Positions 1 through 12,063 of a stretch of DNA of 64,000 bases are shown piece by piece. Position 1 is the stretch's first letter, and each line of letters starts with the position of its first letter. This stretch comes from Epithemia pelagica (taxonomy: Eukaryota > Protista > Bacillariophyta): contig OX337235.1 in NCBI GenBank assembly GCA_946965045.2, positions 2,914,001 to 2,978,000 of the forward strand. The letters are read 5' to 3'. The notes below the pieces were generated by a model that had not been told where the DNA came from, made no database searches, and worked only from the letters and a program-made list of their open reading frames with translations. The position numbers were made by a program, and so were the translations under genes.

Positions 1-2033
1 ATTCTCTTTCGTCGACAGCTTCTCAAGGCTGTTTTCGCCACTGAAACATTGGCTGCTGGAATCAATATGCCTGCACGAACAACTGGTAAGAAAGACAAAT
101 GCATGTGAGAATAATAATGTACGAACACCTCTCACAATTCATTTGGTGCCTTTCTGCTTCTGGCTCCCAGTTATTTGTTCAATGGCTAAACGTGGTGGGG
201 GATCGGGTATGTCCCTTTTAGAGACGTCCAATCTCCTCCAAATGGCAGGGAGAGCGGGGCGCCGAGGTTATGACAAGGAAGGGACATGCGTCATCATGGC
301 GACTCCATTCGAGACTCATGACGATGCTGTGAAAATCCTCACAGACCCGATTCAGCCGATCAAGTCTCAGTTCACACCCTCGTAGTAAGTGCGAAGGAAT
401 GAAAATGACATTTTGAAGTATTGACTCATGCCTCGCCCTTATAATACAACGTACGTTGTTGAATGACAGCGCTTTGGCGATCAATTTGGTTGCACGTGGG
501 AACGGCAAGCTGGACGTGGCGCGTCAGTTGGTAGGAAAGTCGTTTGCTTCATGGGTACATCAAAAGGTAGAAGAGAACGTGAATCTGGCGTCTCCGGATG
601 GCCTCAACGAAGTCATTCAGGTGTCAGCAGAGGAGAGGTTCATGAGCGTTCTTGTGGAGACACTTGAGAGGAGACGAAAGAAGCGAGATGAAGTAGAAGT
701 TGATTCGATGCTGGATATTTTGAACAACCGCGACGCACTGAAAAAGGCTTCAAAATCTTTTATTTCTCTTGCAAAGGCAATGGAACAAGAAGAAACAACG
801 TTGAGTTATTTAGAGCAAGAAATACAACAGTCAGAAGAAAGAGCCTCTGATTATCTAGAAATAGAGAAACACCTGTCGCTTCAGCAAGAACGTATACGAG
901 AAGCAAAAATGCTTCTGCGACAACATGCATTTACCGCAATGGCAGAGTTGGCCCAAATGACGATGAGTTTGAAAGAGGATAGCAAGCACGGACATCGCCT
1001 TCGAGAAGCGCTGACGGGCGCCCGCGGGTTTGAGACCAGTCCAGAGGAGGTCCCTTTTACTGCCATGGAGCTTGTAACCTATGCCAAATCAGCAGTCGTT
1101 GCCGGCAAACGAACACGAAAGCTTCTGAACTCAAATCCTGGTCTTGATCCAACGTCGCTGTTCTTAACCATGGACGATTCGTCGAAAGACAGTTCATGGG
1201 AAAGCATGCTTGCGATCACAAATACGCTGTTATCGTACGGATGTCTGAAAGTGGAAGATGGTGATCCCCGGAATTGTGAAGAGGCAACGTTCTCAATCAC
1301 TCCCGCTGGAATGAATGTAGGAATGCTGGGATTCGACAACAGTTTGTGGGCGCTGGTGGCAATTGGCGGTTCCTGGTATCATCCCGACTCCCATGGTGAT
1401 GAAAGCACTAGCAATAGTTTGGATGCGAATTCGGGTATGGAAGCAAAGCTCTTGGTGGAAGGTCTCTGTGGGATGGATGCCGCCGAGTTTGCAGGCTACA
1501 TATCAGCGTTTGTGTCGGAAGGCTCACGAAGCGACGGATCGGAGGTTCTCGACGTGTTTCGTGGTCTTACGCCTTCACAACAAAGAGTGATACAAACGGC
1601 CCTCACTTTGATGGATCAATTTATGGGTGTACAAGAGAGGCATTCGGTGGAACCTGGCGCCCGCACTTGTAACTTCGACATATCATCGGTCGATGTCGTG
1701 ACGCAATGGGCGAGAGGATGTACCTGGAGCGAAGCATTGAGTCTGTCCGGATTGCCACCTGGAGATTTGGTACGAACACTCAGTCGTGTGTTGGATGCGG
1801 CTCGACAACTCGGCAAGCTTCCGTATGAACCCATTCGAAAGGGAGACCTTTCGGTTGGAGGGGGACGAGAGTCCATGGGGATTCATCCCCGGATCCGCCG
1901 GCTGTGTGTTGAGGCTGTGGCCGCCATTGATCGCTACCCCGTAAAGGACAATTTGTTGTTTGAATCTTCGGGGGACGCCAGCGCCGATGAATCCGGGGAA
2001 AATGATTCTGAATTGTTGGAGGTTTCTGACTGA
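1..2033 (+). CDS. Ski2-superfamily DExH RNA helicase, ISE2/DExH15/HelY-like, 3' part (exons <1-85, 171-384, 470-2033)
   Basis: The spliced reading gives VFATETLAAGINMPARTTVICSMAKRGG...LLQMAGRAGRRG (motifs V and VI) and FTPSYALAINL. There are two 85-nt GT-AG introns (86-170, 385-469) and a C-terminal DSHCT-like segment WARGCTWSEALSLSGLPPGDLVRTLSRVLDAARQL. The 5' end lies outside the window. Confidence 0.85.
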
Positions 2034-2498
2034 AGCTCCGCCTCCACCGGAGGTACCATTGCCGTTTGGAGTCACGTTGTCCTCTTTGTTTGAACAGCCA
2101 GAGGAGAAGCCCGTGATTCTCTGCATTGACAAGCCTATCAGAGCAGTTGTAAGTGGAGAGCTCCAGTGGCGCTGGTTCTGTGGTTCAGGCATATGATGAA
2201 CAGATCCTCACCTCCATCCCAACTCCCAACAGATCAAGTCTGAGCTTGATAGAATGGTCATGGAGACAAAACCAAAACGTGTTGAATGTCGAATGACCTC
2301 TAGAGTGTTGAAGAGCTTGTTCCTAGTACTCCTATGTGCTTACTAGTGCTACCTTATGATATCCTTTCCAAAATCTTACTCTAGAGCCGTCAACGTTTGC
2401 AAGAGCGTGATTGATAAAGGATGGCTTGTTGCATGCGAGTTTGACTGCCTCTAGATCTTTCTTCAGTGAATATAATGCCAAGAAATATTACGCGTGTT

Positions 2499-2616
2499 AG
2501 GAACGACAATACCACGATGACAGCACCGCTTCCCGTCTGCTCAGCGAAATTAAGCATCGTCGGGCCTGGTTAGTACTACGGTGGGGGACCACGTTGGACT
2601 CCCAGGTGTTGTTCTT
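2499..2616 (+). rRNA. 5S rRNA gene, solo copy with non-consensus positions
   Basis: 118 nt. The 5' AGGAACGAC pairs with the 3' GTTGTTCTT (helix I). Internal blocks match eukaryotic 5S (CTTCCCGTCTGCTCAGCGAA-TTAAGC, GGGCCTGGTTAGTACT, GGGGGACCAC). A TTTT Pol III terminator overlaps the 3' end (2615-2618) and TATAAT lies at 2471. Confidence 0.88.
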
Positions 2617-2650
2617 TTGGCCCATTTGAAAATTTGGTCTTGTTGTTCCA

Positions 2651-4051
2651 ATGACGTTGATTCATCACAACAACCCTGAGTTATCTCTATTGAAATTGCT
2701 GTCTGGAGGACGACAGCAAAGAACCACCATGACACAAGGTACAAACCATGATTCGGCTGAACAAGAATCGCAACGTCGTTGTTGTTTATGGATTGGAGGG
2801 ACATCGGCCTTGGCACGAACCTTTTTCAATGCCTATTATCCCATTGGTTTGTCGCAAGACGACGATGACGACGACGAAACGATGAATATGGAATGGATCC
2901 TGTTGGGACACGAGCAGAATCCACCACACTGGATTCAAATCTTGATGGACACGTACAATCATCACTACAACCACGATAACTCGACACAAGCAAACGTCCC
3001 ACAAAAACGACATGGACGCACCAAGATTTCGTTCGTGTCCATGGATTTGACCAACCTTTCCACGAACAATGACAAGGATCCACTTCCAGAATGGATGAAA
3101 CAGGTTGACGATGTCATTGTCGGCATTCGTCCACCCTTGGTATCCCACAAAACATTTGTACAAGCATGGCAGTTTAATGCCCAATTGTTGCATGGCTTGC
3201 AAACCTTGTTGCAACGCATCTTGAGGGAATCACCGCAACGAGGAGGAGGACAATCAACAGCGCAACAACAACAACAGCAACAACGACTGGTACACATTTC
3301 TTCCGTGGCAGCCATTCATCATGTGCAAGAACATGTATTGCGATCCGAAACCAACGCGGTGGATCCCTCCAGTGATGAATTGGACAATCCCTACGATCGA
3401 TTCAAACGAGCGACCGAAGAACTGGTGGAGGAAATCATGCAGCAATCTCCTCATGTCATGGCTACCAGTGTGCGATTGGGGGCCATTTTTTCCGACGATG
3501 TGCATTGCATTCAATGTCGGGCCTTGGCCTTGCAAGCTCGCGTCGGTTGCTATTTGCCGACCAAAATTGATTGCAATAGCAGTCGCAATGTGGCTACCTT
3601 GTTGCATCAACTCTTGTGTGGTGTCCAGTCACGGACAACGACTACGGCGACAACCAGTAATCCTATCGACAGTCGTTGGAGACCGGTGTATTATTATACA
3701 CGGCCCACTCGTGTGAGAACTCCCGTCCCCTACGGTTCCTACTTGGCCGATTACCGCAAGGCCTACGATATTACGTGGGCTGCAGTATGGATTCCAGTGA
3801 TTTGGGTGCGTTGGTTTGTGGCAGCTGTCCAGGCCTGTTCCAACGCCCTGACACTGCCATGGCTGCAACGGTTGGATCGATTCCTGTGCCTCTCGCATGT
3901 CAATTACTTGTTGCAAGTCACAGTGCACGAACATTCGTTTGATTTGACTGCCATTCAAACCGACTTTCCTCAATTGACGGCACTGGAAGAAAGTATTCAA
4001 GAATGTTTCCAACGACGACGAAAATGGCAATGGCAAACCCAAACGCAATAA
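2651..4051 (+). CDS. NAD(P)-dependent epimerase/dehydratase (extended SDR)-like protein
   Basis: 466-aa ORF with an N-terminal WIGGTSALA Rossmann-like motif, LVHISSVAA, YDRFK (YxxxK) and VRLGAIF. Confidence 0.6.
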   Translation: MTLIHHNNPELSLLKLLSGGRQQRTTMTQGTNHDSAEQESQRRCCLWIGGTSALARTFFNAYYPIGLSQDDDDDDETMNMEWILLGHEQNPPHWIQILMDTYNHHYNHDNSTQANVPQKRHGRTKISFVSMDLTNLSTNNDKDPLPEWMKQVDDVIVGIRPPLVSHKTFVQAWQFNAQLLHGLQTLLQRILRESPQRGGGQSTAQQQQQQQRLVHISSVAAIHHVQEHVLRSETNAVDPSSDELDNPYDRFKRATEELVEEIMQQSPHVMATSVRLGAIFSDDVHCIQCRALALQARVGCYLPTKIDCNSSRNVATLLHQLLCGVQSRTTTTATTSNPIDSRWRPVYYYTRPTRVRTPVPYGSYLADYRKAYDITWAAVWIPVIWVRWFVAAVQACSNALTLPWLQRLDRFLCLSHVNYLLQVTVHEHSFDLTAIQTDFPQLTALEESIQECFQRRRKWQWQTQTQ

Positions 4052-4965
4052 GGACAACATAGGAGTAATAACAACGAACCCACACGAACTCGGTTTGCAC
4101 AGAGTGTTGCCAGCAACTCTGGTTCAGTAGGTTCTGTAGCAAGACCGGATGATTGTTATTTGTTATCTGTTTTTCTAGGCGGCATGGTTTCGGTCCATTC
4201 TTTGCCACCCTTGGACATCTCCGTCTAGGTAGAGGAGACCACCTGTTTGAGTGATTGCTAAAGATTCACATGCATGGCTGTGTCTTTGGTAGTGTGTGTA
4301 GTAGTGGTGATTCGTGGCCGTTGCCATTCAAGATTGCATGCATGTTCCTGTGTTCACCCATTTCGGATAGAACCAACGAAAATGTGGGTCTGAGACTGTC
4401 CCATCGGCCAGGATGGAAATGGAATGTGGCCACCACAAGATTCAAGAGTGGCGGTGCCAAGAATCGGGTAAGTATCCGTCCCCTCCATCCGATTGCGGAG
4501 CAACGCTCGGGTTGCTCGTTTGTTCCGTAGCTGGCTGGCGCTGGACTGGCTGGCGTATGGACCCAGGTTCCTCTGCACGAACCTCGAGGCGCGCCATTTT
4601 TCGGGCCGTCAATCACTTAGGAAACGTGTCACATCCAACCGTTACGTGTGACCGCTTGGACGCATGTCCAGGAACCCAAGAACAACGCGCAAGAATGACA
4701 CACACAACATGCTCGTACTCTCTGACCTATGACGGAATTCCAAACACTGAAGACGTCGAGAAACCCGAGAGAGAAAACGACGGACCCAACAGTCTAAAAC
4801 CAAGTTTGAAACTGAGCAACAAGCTACAAAAGAGCAACACGTTTAGGCCAGACAGTCTGCAGTCTGAGGAGGGGGTTGTCCAGTCATTTAACCCATAAAG
4901 AATTTCGCGACGACTCGGGGAAATATTCCTTGTTGAAAGGTTGTTCACCATCACAAATCATCACC

Positions 4966-7900
4966 ATGAGGTCCTTTTCTCCAAACTATTTTGTCGCCTC
5001 GGCATGGGCCTTGTTGTTATCCTTCTGGTTGGTACAGTCTCATCCTTCCCTTCTGGTTGTGGGAGAACCATTGGGAGGATTGACGGTGGTTCCCAAATCC
5101 ACCAAACAAGGCAGTACAGCCGTCCACCGAGAACCAAGGTCGACCACGGACGTAAAACGGTCCGCACCTCCTCGCATCTCCAGTACTTTTCGTCAAGTCT
5201 CTGACGAATCGAAACTCGACCATCACCGGGCTTATTCACACGACCATCGACGACAACGCCATACACGTCGTCACTTGAAATCGACCAAATCCTTGGCACC
5301 CTCCTTCCTGTCCTCCTCACCTCCCTCGCCATCGCCCAATGAGGAAGATGATGATGAGGATGACGACAATGCCGAAACATCCAATTGCTCCGACTGTACC
5401 TCCTCTCCCACGTCCGAGCCATCGTTTGTGCCGACCAGATCCCCTACGAATTTACCGACGTTGGTTCCATCATCCGTGCCATCGAGCAAACCGTCTAGTA
5501 CTCCATCTATGGAGCCAAGTTCTACTCCTAGTGGCATACCTACAGTCAGTTCCTCTCCTTCCCTGTCTCCGTATCCGACAAATTCGCAGTCTCCTTCGGT
5601 TCATCCTTCCAGTCTGCCGAGTCTTGAGCCGTCCTTGACGCCAACCGTATCGAGCCCACCCACAGAAGATCCACAGAATGGGTTATTTTCCACCCTCTCT
5701 TCTATTTCCTATGCCTTGCCGGAAATACGAATTGTGACAACCAATGCCATTCAAGAAACCGACGCATTTCTACTACGACAAACGATACAAACATTCTTGT
5801 CCGAAGCTATTCGCAACAATACTGAGGGATGGATCCTTGACAACCTCCTCATGACTCATTCCTTGAGCACAAACAATGACCGGTTATTGACTCATCGTCG
5901 TGATGGTATGGTGCTTCGAAACACGTTGCAAGACACGGGCAGTGTCGTGGTCTTGCAAGGACGTGCCTGGTTCTTTGATGAAAACGCCCCGGCCAGTACG
6001 GAATCCTTTTGGCAGTTTGTTCGGAATCGCATGGCCACTGGAGACTGGCAGGACCCGCAAGAAGAAACTTCGATTGTGTCTGTCACGGTTCAAGAATCGC
6101 AGGCTGCAAGATCGACCACTCCCAACTCGGAGCAATCGACTCGCAAAACCCTGTATACCGTACTGGGAAGTGCCCTAGGTGCGTCCGTCTTTGTCATGCT
6201 CCTGGTATCTCTCCTCTTTTGTCGCCAACGTCGCTATGGCACACGGTTTCTCGCCAAAGTTCGCAGTTTTGTGCACGGCCGGACCGAACCATCCAAGAAA
6301 GAGAGGTCTCTCGAAAACGTTAAGAGCGATCAAACGGTTCCCGATGTTGTGACACTGGGCATTTCGACCCGGTCCATGTCGCAGCATTCCGGATCGTTTG
6401 AGGATGATGATGAGGAGGAAGTTTACCGCCGTGAGGACGGTCAGTACCACCGCTATAATCACAGTGCCAATTACGGACAGGATGTCTCGTACATGATGGA
6501 CGGAAGTACGCTCACGGCCAGTCACGAACTGCCCTCCTTGTTGGAAGAACGACAATCGCAAATCGATGAAGAAGCTACCACAGCGTCTCGGGCTACCACG
6601 GCACATCCCGAGTATTTGGAAGAACACATGGTCGATACGGCCTCCATGTTGGATCATCATGGCGGTGCAACTCATATGGATCATGGCGATCCCTTTATGA
6701 TGGCCAACACATCGGATTTCTTGGTCGATGTAGGTTCGGTCATGGATCATTCCTTTGACTTTGGGGGCTTTAATTCCAGTAATCCCGACGAAAGCCAGGG
6801 TCCCGAGGATCCTCGACACTTGTCGCGAGAAGAAGAAGACGAGGGTGTGGAAGTGGATTTGCCATCCGTGTCGTCTCCGAGTTGTGCCACTTCCGATGCC
6901 TTGAATATCACTGAAGATGATTCGGTCGGTATTTCAGCAACCGAACTCGTGGCAGAGAAATGGCTGCGTTCCAATCGTCGCAGTAGCAACAAACTTTTGG
7001 GAGAGGAGGATGAAAGCGATAGTGACAATAGTTTGGAATACAGTACTGACCCTCAACAAGTCGAACAATCACGTCCTCGAAAGCGCATGGCCCGACGAAA
7101 CAACAACAACAACAAGGAGGGCCCAGTCTCGAGTCTGTTGGGGCCGCCTACTACGAGGTACGAACGGAATCCACAACGAGAACACATTGATCGCTACTTT
7201 CAAAGCTCCAACCCTCCCATGGATAATACGACCAATACACCTGATCTCACCGCCATGAGTGCGGACGATGAATTGCTCTTATACTGTGCCGATGCAGAGA
7301 CTCCCGCCAAGCTATTGAGTGGGACCTACAAAGATCAAACAGTGTCACAAGCGGAGGACGAAGACGACCAATCGACCATGACAAGGGACCACGCATCTCC
7401 CACACTGACTATTTCACCCTTTCCAAATCTCATAACACCACCCTCTGCGGCTGCACAAGAACTGGTCGAAGGAATGTTGTCGCCTCCCTCATCCACCGGT
7501 GGGCCGTCCCTGCTTAATGACACGACATTGTCCATGTCTATGGATCAAATAGCCTCCACAACAAGACCAGTGAAGAGCCCTACACAACCAACTTCGGTCC
7601 TGTTGGCGGCCATGGCGGGTGCCTCTAAACGACCCAGAAAAGCAAACCACTCTGCTGGCGCGACTTCGACCGAACGAGTATGGCCCATGACAACATCAGA
7701 GAGAGAACCGCCAACAGTCATTGGAAGTACTAATGTTCCTTTAACAACGTCCATGATGAGCGACGAAGAACCTCCTCCACCCGTCATTACTCCTCCATCC
7801 TCACCATCAAAAGATGACACGCCATCCAATAAACTACACTATGCCGAAGTTGGAGCAAGTCAAAGCGAGAACGAGTCCGATACGTCGGATTTTCCACTGA

Positions 7901-8004
7901 CCAAAGAATCCACACAGCCTCCGGGTCGAACCTTGCCACTCTTGGCTCGGATGCAAGAAGCAAAGAACAACAAGAACAAACCATCCTACAGATTATGGAT
8001 ATGA
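4966..8004 (+). CDS. Type I single-pass membrane protein with Ser/Pro/Thr-rich mucin-like ectodomain and long disordered cytosolic tail
   Basis: Long ORF (4876-8004). Likely ATG at 4966 gives a signal peptide (MRSFSPNYFVASAWALLLSFWLVQS), followed by PSSxPS repeats and a TM helix TVLGSALGASVFVMLLVSLLFC ending before RQRR. Confidence 0.7.
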   Translation: MRSFSPNYFVASAWALLLSFWLVQSHPSLLVVGEPLGGLTVVPKSTKQGSTAVHREPRSTTDVKRSAPPRISSTFRQVSDESKLDHHRAYSHDHRRQRHTRRHLKSTKSLAPSFLSSSPPSPSPNEEDDDEDDDNAETSNCSDCTSSPTSEPSFVPTRSPTNLPTLVPSSVPSSKPSSTPSMEPSSTPSGIPTVSSSPSLSPYPTNSQSPSVHPSSLPSLEPSLTPTVSSPPTEDPQNGLFSTLSSISYALPEIRIVTTNAIQETDAFLLRQTIQTFLSEAIRNNTEGWILDNLLMTHSLSTNNDRLLTHRRDGMVLRNTLQDTGSVVVLQGRAWFFDENAPASTESFWQFVRNRMATGDWQDPQEETSIVSVTVQESQAARSTTPNSEQSTRKTLYTVLGSALGASVFVMLLVSLLFCRQRRYGTRFLAKVRSFVHGRTEPSKKERSLENVKSDQTVPDVVTLGISTRSMSQHSGSFEDDDEEEVYRREDGQYHRYNHSANYGQDVSYMMDGSTLTASHELPSLLEERQSQIDEEATTASRATTAHPEYLEEHMVDTASMLDHHGGATHMDHGDPFMMANTSDFLVDVGSVMDHSFDFGGFNSSNPDESQGPEDPRHLSREEEDEGVEVDLPSVSSPSCATSDALNITEDDSVGISATELVAEKWLRSNRRSSNKLLGEEDESDSDNSLEYSTDPQQVEQSRPRKRMARRNNNNNKEGPVSSLLGPPTTRYERNPQREHIDRYFQSSNPPMDNTTNTPDLTAMSADDELLLYCADAETPAKLLSGTYKDQTVSQAEDEDDQSTMTRDHASPTLTISPFPNLITPPSAAAQELVEGMLSPPSSTGGPSLLNDTTLSMSMDQIASTTRPVKSPTQPTSVLLAAMAGASKRPRKANHSAGATSTERVWPMTTSEREPPTVIGSTNVPLTTSMMSDEEPPPPVITPPSSPSKDDTPSNKLHYAEVGASQSENESDTSDFPLTKESTQPPGRTLPLLARMQEAKNNKNKPSYRLWI

Positions 8005-9341
8005 GGGGAGAAATGGGGATCTGTGATAGATGTATGCGTATGCAGGTTTTGTGGGGAAGATCATGTTTTGTAAGGAAAAGGTGATTGGGTTAGGTAGGTA
8101 GGTGCTAAGTTTCATTAAATGGTGGCAGTGGCCGAGGTTGAGTGAAACTTGTCTCGAGGGATTCTATTTTCTAATCTCCTTGGGTCTTCACCGTTTGGAG
8201 GCGACAGATGTTTGTTTCAACAACAATGTACCATGGTTGAGAACGTCGACAAACCACGATTACCAACTATCTCATCTGCGGTCATTCTTTTAAAGATACA
8301 AGGAGTAGTAGTAATAACACTTATCCAGTATCGCTCCTCTGCCAATGTCTTTTGGCTTTTTGTATAACGGTGTGACAGGTTGTTGGAAAGCCATTACCAG
8401 CAGCGCAGTCAAAACTGGCCCTAAAGTCACAGCTTACTTTCCAAGCATCGCTTGTTTCTCAATCTCTCTCGGCTTATTCTTTGTGAGATGCCCAGCGAGA
8501 TGATTGCATGACTTGGTTGCGTCCCTGGTTGCATTGAAGTTTGGAATGGTTTTGTCGTCGAGTTCGGGTTTGAACTTGCCCTAACAAGTGGGAGAAAAGT
8601 TTTATAAAGTGCCTATTTACTGCCACCGGTGTCTGTGCTTGTTTGAGAATTGATCAGAATGAAGTCCAGTCTGCGCAGTCATCGTAGATTAGAATTGCCG
8701 GTAAGACATGACCACCATAAGATTCGCAATAATTGGAACGTCCAGCTTTGTGACCGGAACTCGGGTGACAAACCGGTTGTCTCCAATAAAGAGTCATTTG
8801 CTTATTCAGTGGTAAGCGCAGCGATAGTGTTTTTTGCTTCTGTCCAGCCAGATTTTCTGGACGGCCTCTACAAAGGCAAAATGTGAGGCCACAAACGGAG
8901 TTTATTTCTTTACTCCCTACTCAAATCATGACCGGAAAGTTCAGTCACAAGAGGATGACCGTTGTGAGCATTAGTACTACAGTATTGCCCATACTTTATC
9001 CCAACAAAATATCGCAATATTGTGCCAGCGAATGTAACAGAATGCGACATTTCAGAAAGTGTCACAATTCAGCCAAAGTGTCCATGGAAAAAAAATGGCA
9101 ACAACAACCATCGACCCAACAAAAGCCCCTTCGAAAAATGGATCAATCACGGTCGTCGTGTGCTCGTTACTCGTACGAGTAGCGAGTAGTGGAGCCGTTC
9201 CCTAAAAACTTGATCTCGAAGTCACTGTAATCTGTAATCTTGCTCGTTAGGTTCCTTAGGAAGAAGTAGCGTAGAAAGGAATAAATTCTCCTGGTCAATC
9301 CGCTACCTATTAGCTGGATGGCAGTGGGCAGTGAGTACATT

Positions 9342-9671
9342 AGTGAGTATCGTAGATCGTAGTATGCTCTGCTGCCGCATATTTGGGACGGAAGTTGGGT
9401 ATGGTCATCGTGGTCCTGCCATACAAGTTCTTGTCAGCTTTTCATTTCGGCAGTATGAAAGCTTTGGTCTCGGACAAGACTTCAATGTCTATTGGATTGT
9501 TGGAAAATGCATCAATCAACGAATCAACCATGCCAGATTTTTTGACTTCTGGCTTACCAAGAGTGCTGTTTGCCACTGTCGACTCTATGGCCACACTGGT
9601 TCGATTCCATGGCACTTTCTTCTGTGGTCTGGTGGAGTCTCAAAGTGAGTATCGTAGATCGTAGTATGCTC
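9342..9671 (+). repeat. Perfect 28-bp direct repeat pair (9342-9369 and 9644-9671) flanking 274 bp
   Basis: AGTGAGTATCGTAGATCGTAGTATGCTC is read at both positions. Confidence 0.9.
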
Positions 9672-10308
9672 ATTGCCTCTACTAGAGTCTTACCTATCAC
9701 TCTTACATACAAAACTCTCTATTTTTGATAGCGACCAGAAAGTGAGAGAAGTAGAATCACCTTCCAGCTAACAAGCCATTTCTTCATCATAGTTCATAGT
9801 CTAACCTTAGAGTATGCTAGCTCATCTTGGCTTCGTAGCTCTCATTTTCCCGAAGCCCTTTCTGCTCCGTAACTGGGCAATATACGAGTATCTAATCATG
9901 AATCTCTTCGTTGGTCGTAGTTTTCATGTAATGTACATCGTATTGTAGAAAGGAAAAGGGGGCTCCCTGCCTTTGTTATTGGTTGGTGACCTTGCTCCCG
10001 GTGCTCCCTAACCCCCAAACAGTTTTCAGAACCACTTTTCCACCAACGTTCCGATTTCCCCCAAATCGAATTATTGTCCCCATGCGAGGAATCCTGGTTG
10101 GGAAGAATATTCAGCGAGATTCAAGTGACATTGATAATCGACCCAACAAACTTCGATGTACTCGTTTTCTTGGGCATCCTATGACCCAAGACGAAATGAG
10201 ATCTGCGACCACCGTCTGTCATGACCAGCACGGTCACACTTTCTAACTAAGGAGGGCTTAGCTTGAAAGGAATGACCAGGCTGGAGATTTAGAATTGCCT
10301 TGTAGCAG

Positions 10309-12063
10309 TTGATACACGATGTGTCACGCTACATTTCCGAAGGGATAAGTGGAAGTGCCGTATTGGTGGTATCTGCCATGTGCTTGGGCAGCGAAATCAT
10401 ACTTCGGCGCCCCCTTCCCACAAATAAACGACCAACCCAACTGCGAACCACGCTCCCTCCATGGATGTTTTCTCCGTACGCCCACGATAGCAACAACAAC
10501 ACCACTCATAGAATGCCGTTGCAAGTAATCATGAACAACAACCACATCAACAATCACAACAACGCCAGCTCCCATAGTGCTGGTGGTGGCAGTGAATGTT
10601 CATCTTCTTCCTGCTCCTACCGATGGTCTTCCACATCGGCAAAACGCATGGCAGATTGCATCCACAATGAAGTTCGACAAATGGTGGGTTCCAGTCGTTT
10701 GGTCCGCAAAACGGGTGATATTGCCCTCGTGACTCGCAATGAACTGGAAATGGGCGCTTTGCTGGGTAAGGGTGCCTTTTCCGAAGTACATGAAGTGGTT
10801 TTAACCAATGATCCCAACCGCAAACGGTATGCCATGAAGCACCTGAAATTTAAGCTCATGACACAACCCGAAAACTTTCGCTTGGCGGCTTCGGAACTGG
10901 CTGCGGAAGCACACATGTTGGCCTCGTTTGACCACCCCAACATTTTGAAAATTCGGGGCTGGGCAGCAAATGGTGTTGCATCCTTTGTGGAAGGTGCTCA
11001 TGATTCCTTCTTCCTTTTGTTGGACTGCCTCGATGAAACTCTGGATCAAAGAATATCGCAATGGAAAGCCGAAGAAGACTTTTTAAAGCGACGCTCGCAA
11101 CAACAAATGGCCATGGGTGGTGCAGGTATCATGGATATGTGGAGATGGATGAGTACGGCATCACAAGATGATCACCACCATCATCCACATTCACACCCAG
11201 CTAATTCCCGTAAAAGCGAAGAAGAAATGCAACTATTGTTGGAAAAGTTTCAAGCCTGTGGGGAGATTGCCTCGGCCTTGGCCTATTTGCATGAATCGGG
11301 AGTGATATTTAGGGATTTGAAGCCCAACAACATTGGTTTTTTAAATGGCCGAGTCCAGCTCTTTGATTTTGGCTTGAGTCGAGAACTTCCCAATTGTGAT
11401 TTGAACGAACCATTTGAAATGTCAGGCAAGGTGGGGACCTTACGGTACATGGCGGTGGAAGTGGCAAGTCATTCCAACTACAATGTATCGGCGGATGTCT
11501 TTAGTTGGGCCATGGTAGCGTATGAGGTTTGGACGGGTACCAAACCTTTTGCTGGATGGACGAGAGAAATGCATGCCGATTTGGTGTGTCACCGAGGCAT
11601 GCGGCCAGAATTGAATCAAGAAGATGGCGTCCCCTGTCGTATGCATCCATTAATGCGGGCCTGTTGGGATCAAGAACCAAGCAAGCGTCCACCTATGCGT
11701 GCTGTTGTGTCTCAAGTGGGGTATGTGTGGGACGATTTGCAACGTCAACATCAAGCACGACATGTGCATCCTCAACAACAGCAACCACAACACGCGCAAC
11801 ACGTGTTGGCTTGTCTACCACAACAACGATCATCACAGGAACAACCATCTCAACCACAACAAGTAGCCTATCTTCCACAACAGCAACAGGCACACGTCTC
11901 GGCAGCTGCAGCAGCAGCAGCAAGTGCAAACAACAATGGAGTGACTGTGGAACTTCCCGACGACTTTATGGTCACTCGCAAAACATCGGTGCAATCCGAA
12001 AACTTCACGGCCGCTACCATGTCCCTTTCGGCCGAATCCATTTTGGATGATCTTCCTTATTAG
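10309..12063 (+). CDS. Ser/Thr protein kinase, TKL-like diatom-expanded family
   Basis: Kinase motifs LGKGAFSEV, YAMKHLK, IFRDLKPNNIGF, DFGLSRE, GTLRYMAVEV and DVFSW, with a Gln-rich C-tail. The true start is probably a downstream ATG (10465 or 10513). Confidence 0.9.
   Translation: MIHDVSRYISEGISGSAVLVVSAMCLGSEIILRRPLPTNKRPTQLRTTLPPWMFSPYAHDSNNNTTHRMPLQVIMNNNHINNHNNASSHSAGGGSECSSSSCSYRWSSTSAKRMADCIHNEVRQMVGSSRLVRKTGDIALVTRNELEMGALLGKGAFSEVHEVVLTNDPNRKRYAMKHLKFKLMTQPENFRLAASELAAEAHMLASFDHPNILKIRGWAANGVASFVEGAHDSFFLLLDCLDETLDQRISQWKAEEDFLKRRSQQQMAMGGAGIMDMWRWMSTASQDDHHHHPHSHPANSRKSEEEMQLLLEKFQACGEIASALAYLHESGVIFRDLKPNNIGFLNGRVQLFDFGLSRELPNCDLNEPFEMSGKVGTLRYMAVEVASHSNYNVSADVFSWAMVAYEVWTGTKPFAGWTREMHADLVCHRGMRPELNQEDGVPCRMHPLMRACWDQEPSKRPPMRAVVSQVGYVWDDLQRQHQARHVHPQQQQPQHAQHVLACLPQQRSSQEQPSQPQQVAYLPQQQQAHVSAAAAAAASANNNGVTVELPDDFMVTRKTSVQSENFTAATMSLSAESILDDLPY

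Noticed and set aside
8100-9200. Protein-like minus-strand fragments in the intergenic gap
   Set aside because: Multiple stops and no family I can recognise.
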